This document shows positions 15,749-24,368 of a DNA stretch of 64,000 nt, in pieces. Position 1 is the stretch's first letter. Each line of letters starts with the position of its first letter. This DNA comes from a virus. The stretch lies in IMG/VR virus record IMGVR_UViG_3300044971_004534; one strand, given 5' to 3'. Below the pieces are notes generated by a model that saw nothing but the letters and a program-made list of their open reading frames with translations, was not told the origin of the DNA and searched no databases. The position numbers were made by a program, and so were the translations under genes.

Positions 15749-16468
15749 TCATTCTTCAGACTGACCAACCAAATCCAGCTTTTCGACATTCGGTAGCACT
15801 GCGTCTGGCAAAGGGTGGAAGGGGCCTTTTTTCATCCAAACCTTGGTATACGTCTTCAGGTTCTCCCTCCACGCACCGCGCACCGAGTCGCATCTCCATA
15901 GGGGCATGGACCAACGAAGGCGCACTGCGTTCGTCATAAAGCGGCCTGTCATACCATTCAAATTAAAAAATGGGGAAAACGAGGCGATCCAGAACTGGCT
16001 GTGCCACGCCCAGAGAGCAATCTCCTTTTGGAGGGGGAGTGGAGAGAAGCCCCTTTCCAGATAGTCCAAGGCTTTGGCGTCATGGGCGGCAAACTGGCAT
16101 GCCCATTCCTCTACTAACTTCTCCCCTGGTGTGTGCTCGAAGTAGGTTTTTTTATCTACGATGTGGATAACGGGGTGATCTGGTGGCAGCCCCTCATCTG
16201 TAAGGCCCAGCTCTTCAGCTGCGCCCTTTCGAAGCATCTCGTTTACTTTTTGAGTTGTCTCCCATATCGAGACGGCTCCCTCAGCAGTTACGAAGTTCCA
16301 GATCTCATTGCAGCAGTTTGTCATGGCAAGGGCAAGTTGCCGAGGCGCAGGTGATGTCCTGACTCTGAGGAGCTCGTTCTCGCTCACCAGATAGTTGTCG
16401 ATCTCCGCTGAATTTGCTAAGAAAGATGTCCAATCGGCCATCTCCGGGATATGTATGTGACGGGGCAT
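15749..16468 (-). CDS. hypothetical protein
   Basis: ORF track, ATG start; first gene of the minus-strand block. Confidence 0.55.
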   Translation of the reverse strand: MPRHIHIPEMADWTSFLANSAEIDNYLVSENELLRVRTSPAPRQLALAMTNCCNEIWNFVTAEGAVSIWETTQKVNEMLRKGAAEELGLTDEGLPPDHPVIHIVDKKTYFEHTPGEKLVEEWACQFAAHDAKALDYLERGFSPLPLQKEIALWAWHSQFWIASFSPFFNLNGMTGRFMTNAVRLRWSMPLWRCDSVRGAWRENLKTYTKVWMKKGPFHPLPDAVLPNVEKLDLVGQSEE

Positions 16469-16507
16469 GTCTCTTTATCGGATTGCCATGTCATGGTTGG
16501 AAGTTCC

Positions 16508-16541
16508 CTCTTTTTCCCCCTCCCGAGGGGAGATTGGCGAA
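16508..16541 (+). promoter_or_regulatory. conserved intergenic cassette (candidate phage promoter) copy 1
   Basis: core CTCTTTTTCCCCC 16508-16520; TTG +14..16; A at +21; 57-nt leader to ATG 16598. Confidence 0.55.
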
Positions 16542-16597
16542 AAGCGGCAACGGTCGCTTCCACTACCCAAACTTTGATGTAATCTATCGGCAGTCCC

Positions 16598-17572
16598 ATG
16601 AGCGCAGACTTCAGCCTTCAAGACATCCCCTTTGAGTCACTACCCACGGAGACAGTTCGCAGTCTGTGCGAGATCGCCGTCCGTCACATGGGAAGCAATG
16701 TCCGTTACTACGACCACGGGCTGATTGCTCAGGTTGCCAAGATGGACTATCGCGTTCCTGCGACCATGCGTATCGCTCAGGGGTATGGGTATGGTTCTAC
16801 GAGCGCCGTATGGGGAGCCTTGAGCGAAAACAAGGAAGCGGTTATGACGCTTCTGAACGCTGTGCTTAGTGACCGCAAGGGTGGTTCACAGCGTCATACC
16901 ATGCTTGGCAAGAGCGATATCGCTCCGTCTGTCATCACGAACCCGGACATCTTGTCCTTTGTCTTGAGCGAATCGGACTTTGGCGGTGGTCGCAATGGAA
17001 GCGGCTGCATGGAAAGTCAGGTTTTCGTTCAGGTTACGGACAATCAATGGAACGGGCTTTTTGAGGATCATCCTGCGCTTGTCGCCAAGGCTTTTGCCTC
17101 TCGCCCGTTCCTTCTCAATCGTTTCGTCCGTAATCGTTCTATGCCGAAGGATCGCATCCTGCAAGTTGCAAAGACTGCGCTTGGCTTTACTCATGCGTTC
17201 GACATGGATGCTCCCACCACCCTGAGCCGTGAGGGGCTTTCGGATAGTTCTGTCCGCCCTGACATGGAGGAGATTTACGACGATCTTTTCATGCACATTT
17301 GCACGATCTGCCGCAAGGACAGGGAGAATATGCAGCGCATCAAGGGTGATCTTGACAACCACAGCGTTGGTGGCAAAAAGACCCGCCGCCGTGATGCTGG
17401 CTGGATGACTTCCTACCTGAACGGCAAGTGGGAAGGTGGTCACAAGGATTTCGTGATTCGTACCTGTCGCCTTATTCCGCCTTTTTTCAACCTGATGCAC
17501 AGCAGCGCAAAGGTTTCGGGTGAGATGCGAACCTTGAGGCGGATGTACCAACTAAGTGGAGATGCAAACTGA
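16598..17572 (+). CDS. hypothetical protein
   Basis: ORF track, ATG start. Confidence 0.6.
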   Translation: MSADFSLQDIPFESLPTETVRSLCEIAVRHMGSNVRYYDHGLIAQVAKMDYRVPATMRIAQGYGYGSTSAVWGALSENKEAVMTLLNAVLSDRKGGSQRHTMLGKSDIAPSVITNPDILSFVLSESDFGGGRNGSGCMESQVFVQVTDNQWNGLFEDHPALVAKAFASRPFLLNRFVRNRSMPKDRILQVAKTALGFTHAFDMDAPTTLSREGLSDSSVRPDMEEIYDDLFMHICTICRKDRENMQRIKGDLDNHSVGGKKTRRRDAGWMTSYLNGKWEGGHKDFVIRTCRLIPPFFNLMHSSAKVSGEMRTLRRMYQLSGDAN

Positions 17573-17611
17573 AAAAAGTTTGTAATCTATCAAAAAGCGG
17601 CAAGAATATGC

Positions 17612-17639
17612 TTGCACGATAGCATACACAGGCTATAAT
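17612..17639 (+). promoter_or_regulatory. sigma70-type promoter TTGCAC-N16-TATAAT
   Basis: TTGCAC 17612-17617, TATAAT 17634-17639, 17 nt before ATG 17657. Confidence 0.45.
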
Positions 17640-17656
17640 CACAGGTTGCACTTTTT

Positions 17657-18601
17657 ATGCCACGAACATCAATCCCAGTCGAAGGAATGCTTGGAAGCCT
17701 GAGTCTCAACCGTGAAGTTGAGTTCATGGTCCAAATGCTTGGTTGGAGTGAATCTCAGATTGTAAGCGCAGTCTTGAGCGCACACCCTGAACTGAAGTCA
17801 GATCAACAGTCCCTTATCAACCATATTCGCGTATGCCGTTCACGGTATCGCACAGATCAGAAAGAGAATGCAGAAGTGAGCGCACTTATTGGCGGTGGAA
17901 CGGTCACCTCACTTGACAAGATTGCAGACAAGAAACTTGTCCGCTTTGCTTGTGGTATCGACCACATTGATATGCTGTGGGGTTTTTCAGAAGATGGGAA
18001 GATCAAGGGATTTCCTCGCGGGCAAATCAGCCTGATTGCGGGAAGCCCCGGCGTGGGCAAGACTCGCGCCATGATCGCTGTCTGCGGCAAGATCAGCGCA
18101 CCGGACTATCGACCTGCACTCAAGGCACTTTATTGGCAAAATGAGTTTGCACTTGAGCAGTTCAAGACTGTATCAAAGTCTCAAATCAAGTCAGGCGCAC
18201 GGTTTAGGTGCGGAGACATCCGCTCTTTGAAGGAGCAGTTGAAGGTCGTTGACAAGGAGAAGCCCGATCTTGTCGTGGTTGACTCTATTCAGATGCTTGA
18301 AGAAGCAAAGAACAAGACAGGCATGGAACGCTGCATCGCGGCTTACAAGGCTGCTGCCGTGGAACACAACATCCATGTCGTTCTTGTCGGTCAGTTGAAC
18401 AAGCGCGAACAAGTCGCAGGAAGTCGTGTGTTGGAACATCTTGTGGACTCTGTATTTACGGCAGTTCGTGACCGTGATACGGGAGGATTCGCCATCCGTT
18501 GTACGAAAAACAGATGGGGAATGTCAGGTATCCAAGGTTGCTTCAAGCACACAGCAACGGGCATTGAGCCTGTCGGAGACATCACCCAATCGGAGGATTG
18601 A
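17657..18601 (+). CDS. RadA/Sms-like RecA-superfamily ATPase (no Zn-finger or Lon domain)
   Basis: Walker A GSPGVGKT, Walker B DLVVVDSIQ, RadA-type KNRWG (KNRFG) motif. Confidence 0.75.
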   Translation: MPRTSIPVEGMLGSLSLNREVEFMVQMLGWSESQIVSAVLSAHPELKSDQQSLINHIRVCRSRYRTDQKENAEVSALIGGGTVTSLDKIADKKLVRFACGIDHIDMLWGFSEDGKIKGFPRGQISLIAGSPGVGKTRAMIAVCGKISAPDYRPALKALYWQNEFALEQFKTVSKSQIKSGARFRCGDIRSLKEQLKVVDKEKPDLVVVDSIQMLEEAKNKTGMERCIAAYKAAAVEHNIHVVLVGQLNKREQVAGSRVLEHLVDSVFTAVRDRDTGGFAIRCTKNRWGMSGIQGCFKHTATGIEPVGDITQSED

Positions 18602-18603
18602 AC

Positions 18604-18882
18604 ATGAATAACGAAACAAGTTTGGTAAACAACAAGCCCACATTCAAGCCGCTTCCCATGTACAAGGTGATTGTTCACAACGATGATGTGAACACCTACA
18701 ATCACGTTATTGGGACTTTCATGGAAATCATCAAAATGGACAAGCAGACCGCCCTCCTCAAGACTGTTGAAGTCGATAAGGAAGGGATGTCCGTGGTGTC
18801 CGTGACGCACAAGGAACACGCTGAACTGTTACAGGATCAGTTGAAGTCCAAGGCTCTCACGGTCACTATTGAGCCGGATTGA
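18604..18882 (+). CDS. clpS: ClpS, ATP-dependent Clp protease adaptor
   Basis: PMYKVIVHNDDVNTYNHVIGTFMEI...AELLQDQL is the ClpS core; ATG 18604 6 nt after GGAGGA (ORF track lists TTG 18598). Confidence 0.85.
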   Translation: MNNETSLVNNKPTFKPLPMYKVIVHNDDVNTYNHVIGTFMEIIKMDKQTALLKTVEVDKEGMSVVSVTHKEHAELLQDQLKSKALTVTIEPD

Positions 18883-18894
18883 TTACAAAAGACT

Positions 18895-18966
18895 GCGGTT
18901 GTCGTATAATGGCTATTACGCGGGTTTTCCAAACCCGTCATGGGAGTTCGATCCTCCCCTACCGCA
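18895..18966 (+). tRNA. tRNA-Gly(UCC)
   Basis: Acceptor GCGGTTG/CTACCGC (one mismatch), anticodon stem CGGGT/ACCCG, loop TTTCCAA, T-arm GGGAGTTCGATCCTCCC. Confidence 0.8.
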
Positions 18967-18970
18967 TTCC

Positions 18971-19004
18971 CTCTTTTTCCCCCTCCGGTGGGGGATTTGA
19001 GGGC
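18971..19004 (+). promoter_or_regulatory. conserved intergenic cassette copy 2
   Basis: core CTCTTTTTCCCCC 18971-18983 directly after tRNA-Gly; TTG +14..16; leader with GGAG to ATG 19063. Confidence 0.55.
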
Positions 19005-19062
19005 GTTGGGACTCCAGCGGGGAGAACCATACAATCGTTTCTAAAGTTTGGAGCAATAACAA

Positions 19063-20085
19063 ATGAATCTCGTTGAGAAGATCAAGCGCAACCGCAAGAC
19101 GGGTGTTCCCACCTTCATCTTTGGTGCGCCCGGTGTTGGCAAGTCGCAGATGGTTCATCAGGCAGCGGACGGGGACACCGTGATTGATGTCCGTCTGTCC
19201 ATGCTTGATCCGGTTGACCTGCGTGGTCTGCCGACCGTCAAGCAGAACGGCGATGGTGAGTCCGTGGTTGAGTGGGCGCGTCCTGAGTTCATCCCGGCTG
19301 AAGGCAAGGGCATCATCTTCTTTGATGAGTTGAACACCGCCCCCGCTGCCGTGCAGAACGCTGCGCTTCAGATCATCCTTGATCGCAAGTGTGGTCCGCA
19401 TAAGTTGGGCGATGGTTGGTACATCGTGGCTGCGGGAAACAAGGCTTCCCACAAGGCTCATGTCAACCCGCTCTCCGCACCGCTCCGCAACCGCTTTGCC
19501 GTGGTTGAGTACGAGCCGTCCGTTGAGGCTTGGTCTGCGTGGGCGATGGGTGCGGGAGTTCACGACCATGTGATCGGCTTCCTCAACTTCCGCCCCGGTC
19601 TGCTCACGACCGATCCGAAGGACGAGTACGCCAACTTTGCCTCCCCCCGTTCGTGGGATCGCGTGTCGAAGTTCCTTCAGGCGGGTCTTGACGAGCAGGA
19701 GGACATGGAGCCTCTTGTCGGCAAGGGTGCTGCTGCGGAGTTCACGGCGTATCGGACGGAGATTCGGGATATGCCCGACATTGACGCTCTGATTGCGAAG
19801 AAGGCTGAGTTCAAGGAGAACCCCAAGAAGATCAGCATTTCCTACGCTGTGGCGATGGCTCTCGCTTCCCGCCTGTCCCGTGGTGACAAGAAGTTCGTGA
19901 CCACGAACGCGGATCGGTGCTGTGAGATCGTGTCTGCCCTGTCCCCGGAGATCGCGTGTCTGTTCTTTGTCCGTACTCTCACCTCCGATCCTCATGTCAA
20001 GACCGCTGTGTGTGAGAGCAAGTCTGCTCACAAGTGGGTGCTGACCCATGAGAAGTTGCTGACGAAGTACGGGATCAAGAAGTAA
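19063..20085 (+). CDS. MoxR/CbbQ-like AAA+ ATPase (AAA_5)
   Basis: Walker A GAPGVGKS, Walker B IIFFDELN, TAPAAVQNAALQIILDRK sensor region. Confidence 0.9.
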   Translation: MNLVEKIKRNRKTGVPTFIFGAPGVGKSQMVHQAADGDTVIDVRLSMLDPVDLRGLPTVKQNGDGESVVEWARPEFIPAEGKGIIFFDELNTAPAAVQNAALQIILDRKCGPHKLGDGWYIVAAGNKASHKAHVNPLSAPLRNRFAVVEYEPSVEAWSAWAMGAGVHDHVIGFLNFRPGLLTTDPKDEYANFASPRSWDRVSKFLQAGLDEQEDMEPLVGKGAAAEFTAYRTEIRDMPDIDALIAKKAEFKENPKKISISYAVAMALASRLSRGDKKFVTTNADRCCEIVSALSPEIACLFFVRTLTSDPHVKTAVCESKSAHKWVLTHEKLLTKYGIKK

Positions 20086-20132
20086 TCCCCCCGCAGGAGT
20101 GGGGGGAGGGCGGCAACGCTCTCCCCCTCTCC

Positions 20133-20166
20133 CTCTTTTTCCCCCTTCCCCGAAGGACTTGGGACA
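20133..20166 (+). promoter_or_regulatory. conserved intergenic cassette copy 3 (leaderless class)
   Basis: core 20133-20145; TTG +14..16; ATG 20166 at +21. Confidence 0.55.
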
Positions 20167-21416
20167 TGGCAAAGAAGAAGAACAACTCCACCGCAACCGC
20201 CGCTCCTGCTGCCGACAACGCTCAGGATGTCGGACTCACGCCTTCTGAACTCAACGAACTCCGTGAGCGCATGAAGGGCATCGTGTTCCGTATGTACCGC
20301 TTCTTTCCCTTTTGGGGACTGCTTGCGGAGAACTGCAAGGTGTCGATCAAGTCCGACAAGGATGTTCCGACCGCCTGTGTTGACCGATACGGCAACATCA
20401 GTTTCGGAGCAAAGTTCTTCAAGGACTTGACCGAAGATCAGGCGTTGTTCGTCCTCGCGCATGAGATCGGTCACGCTGCGTTCAGTCACATTGATCGCCG
20501 TCAGAGCCGTGATCCGCTGCTTTGGAATGTTGCGATTGACTACGCCATCAACCTCCTCCTGTCGGACAACTTCAACGATTCCAAGTATCTGCCGAAGGGT
20601 GTCCTGCTTGACAAGAAGTACGCGGGGATGTCCGCTGAGGAGATTTACGAAGATGTCATCCGCAACGCCAAGACCGTGAAGGTCTACACGCTTTCGGGCG
20701 ATGTTGACTACAGCGACAAGGGCGAGGATGGCGATGGCGATGGCGATGGCATCGTGATCCGTGATCGCCGTGCCGAAAAGAAGGGCAACGAGCAGGGTTG
20801 GGATCAGGCAATCGCCTTGAGCCATGCCCGTGCAAAGATGCAGGGCGATATGCCTGAGTCTCTTGATCGTGCCGTGTCGGAGAAGTTGGGCAGCAAGATT
20901 GATTGGCGCGAAGCACTCAAGCAGTACCTCCGCTTTGGCGTGACTCGCATCCTGCGGGATCACTACACCTTCATGCCCCCGAACCGCCGCTTTGTCCATC
21001 AGGGTCTTTACTTGCCGTCCATGTACGGCAACGATGCCCCGAAGATCGGCTTTGCCGTGGACACCTCCGGTTCGATTGGTGAGTCAGAGATGGCTCAGGC
21101 AATCGCTGAGATTGATGAGATTCGCCGTCAGTTCAACTGCCCTCTTTACCTTGTGGAGTGTGATGCGGAAGTCCATGACGGGCGTTGGATCAGTCCCGAT
21201 CAGTCCTGCCCAACGGCGTTCAAGGGCGGCGGCGGAACCGATTTCCGTCCCGTGTTTGACCACCTCAAGGAGCAGAAAGTCCCCGTGGACATTATGGTGT
21301 ACCTCACCGATGGCTACGGCGAGTTTGGAGATCAGCCCGAAGTCGATGTCCTTTGGGTCACGACCACGAATGTCAAGCCGCCTTATGGCGACCACATTCA
21401 AGTGGGTGTGGGCTAA
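20166..21416 (+). CDS. VWA-domain protein with N-terminal zincin-like domain (MoxR partner, DUF2201-like)
   Basis: HEIGHAAFSH (HExxH) and MIDAS DTSGSIG; immediately downstream of the MoxR ATPase. Confidence 0.85.
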   Translation: MAKKKNNSTATAAPAADNAQDVGLTPSELNELRERMKGIVFRMYRFFPFWGLLAENCKVSIKSDKDVPTACVDRYGNISFGAKFFKDLTEDQALFVLAHEIGHAAFSHIDRRQSRDPLLWNVAIDYAINLLLSDNFNDSKYLPKGVLLDKKYAGMSAEEIYEDVIRNAKTVKVYTLSGDVDYSDKGEDGDGDGDGIVIRDRRAEKKGNEQGWDQAIALSHARAKMQGDMPESLDRAVSEKLGSKIDWREALKQYLRFGVTRILRDHYTFMPPNRRFVHQGLYLPSMYGNDAPKIGFAVDTSGSIGESEMAQAIAEIDEIRRQFNCPLYLVECDAEVHDGRWISPDQSCPTAFKGGGGTDFRPVFDHLKEQKVPVDIMVYLTDGYGEFGDQPEVDVLWVTTTNVKPPYGDHIQVGVG

Positions 21417-21446
21417 TATGGGGGACAGGGGCGAAAGCCCCTCTCC

Positions 21447-21480
21447 CTCTTTTTCCCCCTCCGTGGGGGAAGTTGGAGAG
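21447..21480 (+). promoter_or_regulatory. conserved intergenic cassette copy 4
   Basis: core 21447-21459 after hairpin 21427-21442; TTG +14..16; leader with AAGGAG to ATG 21563. Confidence 0.55.
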
Positions 21481-21562
21481 TCAGCCGGATGTTCCGGTTG
21501 ACAGTAGCACTTGAGAGCCACAAACCAAGTCGCATGACTTGTTTAGGTGGCAAGGAGAAAAG

Positions 21563-22213
21563 ATGGCTAACACCATCAGCAACGCATCGGTCGTCGTCAG
21601 CAACGCTCAGGCTCACGCCCTGATCCGTACCTCCCTCGCTAAGAGCGGTTCGTGCAAGACGATGAAGGGTAACTCCACGGCTGACACCATGTTGGTGGAC
21701 AAGTCGCGTGGTGAGAAGTACGCCATTGACGCGACCGTTCGCATGACGGGAACGATCAGCGTGGAGCAGAACGGCACGATCAAGAAGCGTCTTGATCGGT
21801 TCAAGTTGTTCACTCAGGCTGTCATCAATCTGACTCGTCAGGGTGCGCCCATCAACAAGGCTCTCATCATCGGTGAGATGGATCGCCTGTGGACGCTTCA
21901 CAAGGACAACCGTGACCTCAAGCAGATCGACAGCGAGACTTTCGATTCTGTCCTTGGGGAACTCTTTGGACGGGATTTCTGCGACCGGATGTACGCTCCG
22001 GTTGACGAGTCCGCTCCGAAGGCGGGTGACTTCAGCGTGAGCGACCTCAGCATCGACATCCTCAACTCCATCGTTGGGGCTGTCGGGTCGGAGAATCCCG
22101 CTGTGTGGAACATCACTCCCACTCCGGTTGCAGCCGTCACTCATGCTGCGGGTGGACCGCAGAATGATGCGGATGCTAAGAACAGCAAGCCTGTTCGCAG
22201 GAAGCGGAAGTGA
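21563..22213 (+). CDS. hypothetical protein
   Basis: ATG 21563 after CAAGGAGAAAAG, frame of ORF-track 21539..22213. Confidence 0.6.
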   Translation: MANTISNASVVVSNAQAHALIRTSLAKSGSCKTMKGNSTADTMLVDKSRGEKYAIDATVRMTGTISVEQNGTIKKRLDRFKLFTQAVINLTRQGAPINKALIIGEMDRLWTLHKDNRDLKQIDSETFDSVLGELFGRDFCDRMYAPVDESAPKAGDFSVSDLSIDILNSIVGAVGSENPAVWNITPTPVAAVTHAAGGPQNDADAKNSKPVRRKRK

Positions 22214-22263
22214 CCAATAATCGGGCGGGGAGTGGGGGTAAAACCCCCTCCCCGTTCGATACG

Positions 22264-22297
22264 CTCGTTTTCCCCCTTCCCTCTTTAGGTTGGGGTA
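22264..22297 (+). promoter_or_regulatory. conserved intergenic cassette copy 5
   Basis: core CTCGTTTTCCCCC 22264-22276; TTG +14..16; A at +21. Confidence 0.5.
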
Positions 22298-22340
22298 TAA
22301 GAAAAATCAAGAATCTTCTTACATTTGTTACTAACATCAC

Positions 22341-22368
22341 TTGACACAAATAAGAAGCGTTCTATGAT
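22341..22368 (+). promoter_or_regulatory. sigma70-type promoter TTGACA-N16-TATGAT
   Basis: TTGACA 22341-22346, TATGAT 22363-22368, upstream of 22450. Confidence 0.45.
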
Positions 22369-22449
22369 TTGCTCATATTGATCCATCGCTGCCGAGGGTC
22401 AATCTGATTCATCCAATCGGCAGTTCTTACTAACAGGAGTTTCTTCAAA

Positions 22450-23121
22450 ATGAAGAACAGCAACACGGGCATGGTTCTTGCCCCGAACCCGGCTGACATC
22501 ATCAGCCGTCAGTTGAAGTTGGACCGCAACACTTTCCTTCAGGCTGTCAACCTCTACAACTCGCTGACGCAGTTGGATCAGTCAGCGACGGTTGCCGCCC
22601 CGAACGAAGGTGGCGAGGAGGACACGGGCAAGCGTGGTCCCGGTCGCCCGAAGGGGTCGAAGAACCGGAAGCCCGGTCGCCCGAAGGCGAAGCGTGGTCC
22701 CGGTCGCCCGAAGAAGAAGCGTGGTCCGGGTCGCCCCAAGGCGAAGAAGGGTCCGGGTCGCCCCGCTGCCAAGCGTGGTCCCGGTCGCCCGAAGGGGTCG
22801 GTTGCCAAGCGCAAGACGGTGAAGGGTGGCGCAACCGCCTCTCGCCGTGGTCGCAAGGCGAAGAACCCGAACGGCATGACCATGCGCGATGCGGTCACTA
22901 ACGCTCTCCGCAACGCCAATGGTCCGGTGAAGGCTCCTGCCATCGCTGAAACCCTCAAGGGTCAGGGCTTTACGAGCAAGTCGCTCAACACTCAGGTGGC
23001 TCAGGAGTTGAGCCGCATGGTGACTGATGGACTTGCCAGCCGCCCTGAGCGTGGTTCGTATGCTTGGTCGGGCAGCAACGCCCCGGCAGAGCAGACGGCT
23101 GAAGTCGCTCAGACCGCCTGA
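22450..23121 (+). CDS. AT-hook repeat DNA-binding protein with C-terminal H1/winged-helix-like domain
   Basis: Seven GRP cores: KRGPGRPKG, KPGRPKA, KRGPGRPKK, KRGPGRPKA, KKGPGRPAA, KRGPGRPKG...; nucleotide repeat GGTCCCGGTCGCCCGAAG. Confidence 0.8.
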   Translation: MKNSNTGMVLAPNPADIISRQLKLDRNTFLQAVNLYNSLTQLDQSATVAAPNEGGEEDTGKRGPGRPKGSKNRKPGRPKAKRGPGRPKKKRGPGRPKAKKGPGRPAAKRGPGRPKGSVAKRKTVKGGATASRRGRKAKNPNGMTMRDAVTNALRNANGPVKAPAIAETLKGQGFTSKSLNTQVAQELSRMVTDGLASRPERGSYAWSGSNAPAEQTAEVAQTA

Positions 23122-23140
23122 GTCTGATTGAAAAAGTTCC

Positions 23141-23184
23141 AACGGCGGGTCGCCCTAAAAAAGCGACTCGCCGTTGTGCTTTTG
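23141..23184 (+). terminator. rho-independent terminator
   Basis: AACGGCGGGTCGC / GCGACTCGCCGTT 13-bp stem (one mismatch) then TGCTTTTG. Confidence 0.7.
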
Positions 23185-23221
23185 TATCACTTGCGAGAAA
23201 TCTTGGATAGTACCCAATGAG

Positions 23222-23470
23222 ATGCCCGAACCTCGTATCAATCAGGCTACGCAAACCATTGGGAACGGAATCGCTTGGGACTCCATCAAGGGTCTTATCA
23301 CGCATTTTATTTCTAGTGACGGCAAGACCGTGTGTGGCAAAGATGTGAGTGGCGGCGCCTCTTACGGATGGTATCCAAGCAAGAAGGATGAAAAAACCAG
23401 GATTTGTCCTGACTGCGCTAAACGCAAAACTGTTCCCGTAGCTCAACTGGATAGAGCAGCCGCCTTCTAA
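23222..23470 (+). CDS. hypothetical Zn-ribbon-like protein (uncertain)
   Basis: ATG 23222 in frame of ORF-track 23174..23470; C...CPDC; last 39 nt overlap tRNA-Arg, which lowers confidence. Confidence 0.35.
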   Translation: MPEPRINQATQTIGNGIAWDSIKGLITHFISSDGKTVCGKDVSGGASYGWYPSKKDEKTRICPDCAKRKTVPVAQLDRAAAF

Positions 23471-23505
23471 GCGGCAGGTTACTGGTTCGAGCCCAGTCGG
23501 GAACG
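23432..23505 (+). tRNA. tRNA-Arg(UCU)
   Basis: Acceptor GTTCCCG/CGGGAAC, anticodon stem GCCGC/GCGGC, loop CTTCTAA, T-arm CTGGTTCGAGCCCAG. Confidence 0.9.
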
Positions 23506-23538
23506 CTTAGTCTCATAATAAAAGTGGACAGAATGGAC

Positions 23539-23567
23539 TTGACACTCCATTGAACCAACGCTATACT
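23539..23567 (+). promoter_or_regulatory. sigma70-type promoter TTGACA-N17-TATACT
   Basis: TTGACA 23539-23544, TATACT 23562-23567; AAAGGAG before ATG 23619. Confidence 0.6.
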
Positions 23568-23618
23568 ATGTATGTCTGAGTTTTATTCTTCATTTACCTT
23601 TTACAAAAGGAGTTCAAC

Positions 23619-23909
23619 ATGAGTCACATTTCTGTTCGCAGTTCGTCTATTCGTCTGACTGAAGAAAATGCAACACCTCGTCAGAGGCTTCATGGATGGG
23701 TGTTCCCTCCAAGTCCTGTCACGCAGGGAGTTCTTGTGGGCATGAACGATGCTCTTGCTGAGGAGATCATCGGCATGATCCGTGACTGCTGCTCTGATGA
23801 CAATGGCAACATGATTCTTGATGGATCAAATGCCGATCTGCTGACTTTTGCTAGCCGTCTTGAGCAGAACATTGCTCAGAAGGCGATGCGGAAAACAGAT
23901 CGTGAGTAA
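23619..23909 (+). CDS. hypothetical protein
   Basis: ORF track; SD AAAGGAG 7 nt upstream. Confidence 0.6.
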   Translation: MSHISVRSSSIRLTEENATPRQRLHGWVFPPSPVTQGVLVGMNDALAEEIIGMIRDCCSDDNGNMILDGSNADLLTFASRLEQNIAQKAMRKTDRE

Positions 23910-23947
23910 AGGACTTTTCCCAGTTCCATAGAAATATGGGCTGTGAA

Positions 23948-24302
23948 GGGGCTGAACTGGTTTCGATTGCTGAAGGACTATTCGATACTGCACGACGAGG
24001 CTGATGGGCAACTCGTAAAAAGCCGATCAAACAACAACCGCCAACGAATCGTTGATGGCTGTCGCTGCTTGATGCAGCAAAGTTCTTAGAAGTTGGACAC
24101 TTGCTTCTAAGAACTGTCTGAAGTGTCGATCAGCGTACTGCGAAGTTCCAACGCATAAGGCGCTGAAGTTAATATTATATGATTTGGAACTTTCAAAGGA
24201 CTCATGGTACGAGGACTCCTTTGATCGACGGACTCGTACCTAGCGTGGAGAAGGTGCGATAGGACTTTTGCCAACACAGGGGTTCGACTCCCCTCGGCTC
24301 CA
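23948..24302 (+). ncRNA. ssrA: tmRNA (SsrA), tag ADQTTTANESLMAVAA
   Basis: 5' GGGGCTGAACTGGTTTCGA; 3' T-arm GGGGTTCGACTCCCC plus acceptor CGGCTCC-A pairing with the 5' end incl. G3:U; tag ORF GCC 24022 to TGA 24072 after an A-rich tract; no encoded CCA. Confidence 0.8.
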
Positions 24303-24311
24303 TTCAGCAAG

Positions 24312-24345
24312 CCCTCGTTCAGAGAAATCTGGGCGAGGGATTTTC
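24312..24345 (+). terminator. rho-independent terminator after tmRNA
   Basis: CCCTCG ... CGAGGG stem followed by ATTTT. Confidence 0.5.
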
Positions 24346-24368
24346 TACTAAATACAGAAAGGGATTCA

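Noticed and set aside
15971-15984. Minus-strand cassette-like sequence CCTCGTTTTCCCCA inside CDS 15749..16468
   Set aside because: It has only four Cs, lies mid-gene (encoding ASFSPFF), and has no phased TTG or start codon downstream. It is probably chance or a decayed copy.
15749-16468. Fic-domain call for FSPFFNLNGMTGRFMTNAVRL
   Set aside because: It only loosely resembles HPFx(D/E)GNGRxxR. The catalytic His and the GNG are missing, so it is too weak to annotate.
18916-20196. 426-aa minus-strand ORF
   Set aside because: It is antisense to the MoxR AAA+ ATPase gene, which has clear Walker motifs. It is Arg/Leu/Gly-rich, a typical shadow ORF in GC-rich DNA, and it also runs across tRNA-Gly.
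20028-22144. Minus-strand ORFs 20028..20999 and 21413..22144
   Set aside because: They are shadows of the VWA/zincin gene (HExxH and MIDAS motifs) and of the 21563 gene.
22547-23142. Alternative-frame ORFs within the AT-hook gene (both strands)
   Set aside because: The nucleotide repeat keeps all frames open. Only the 22450 frame yields the GRP AT-hook cores and has an SD, a promoter and a terminator.
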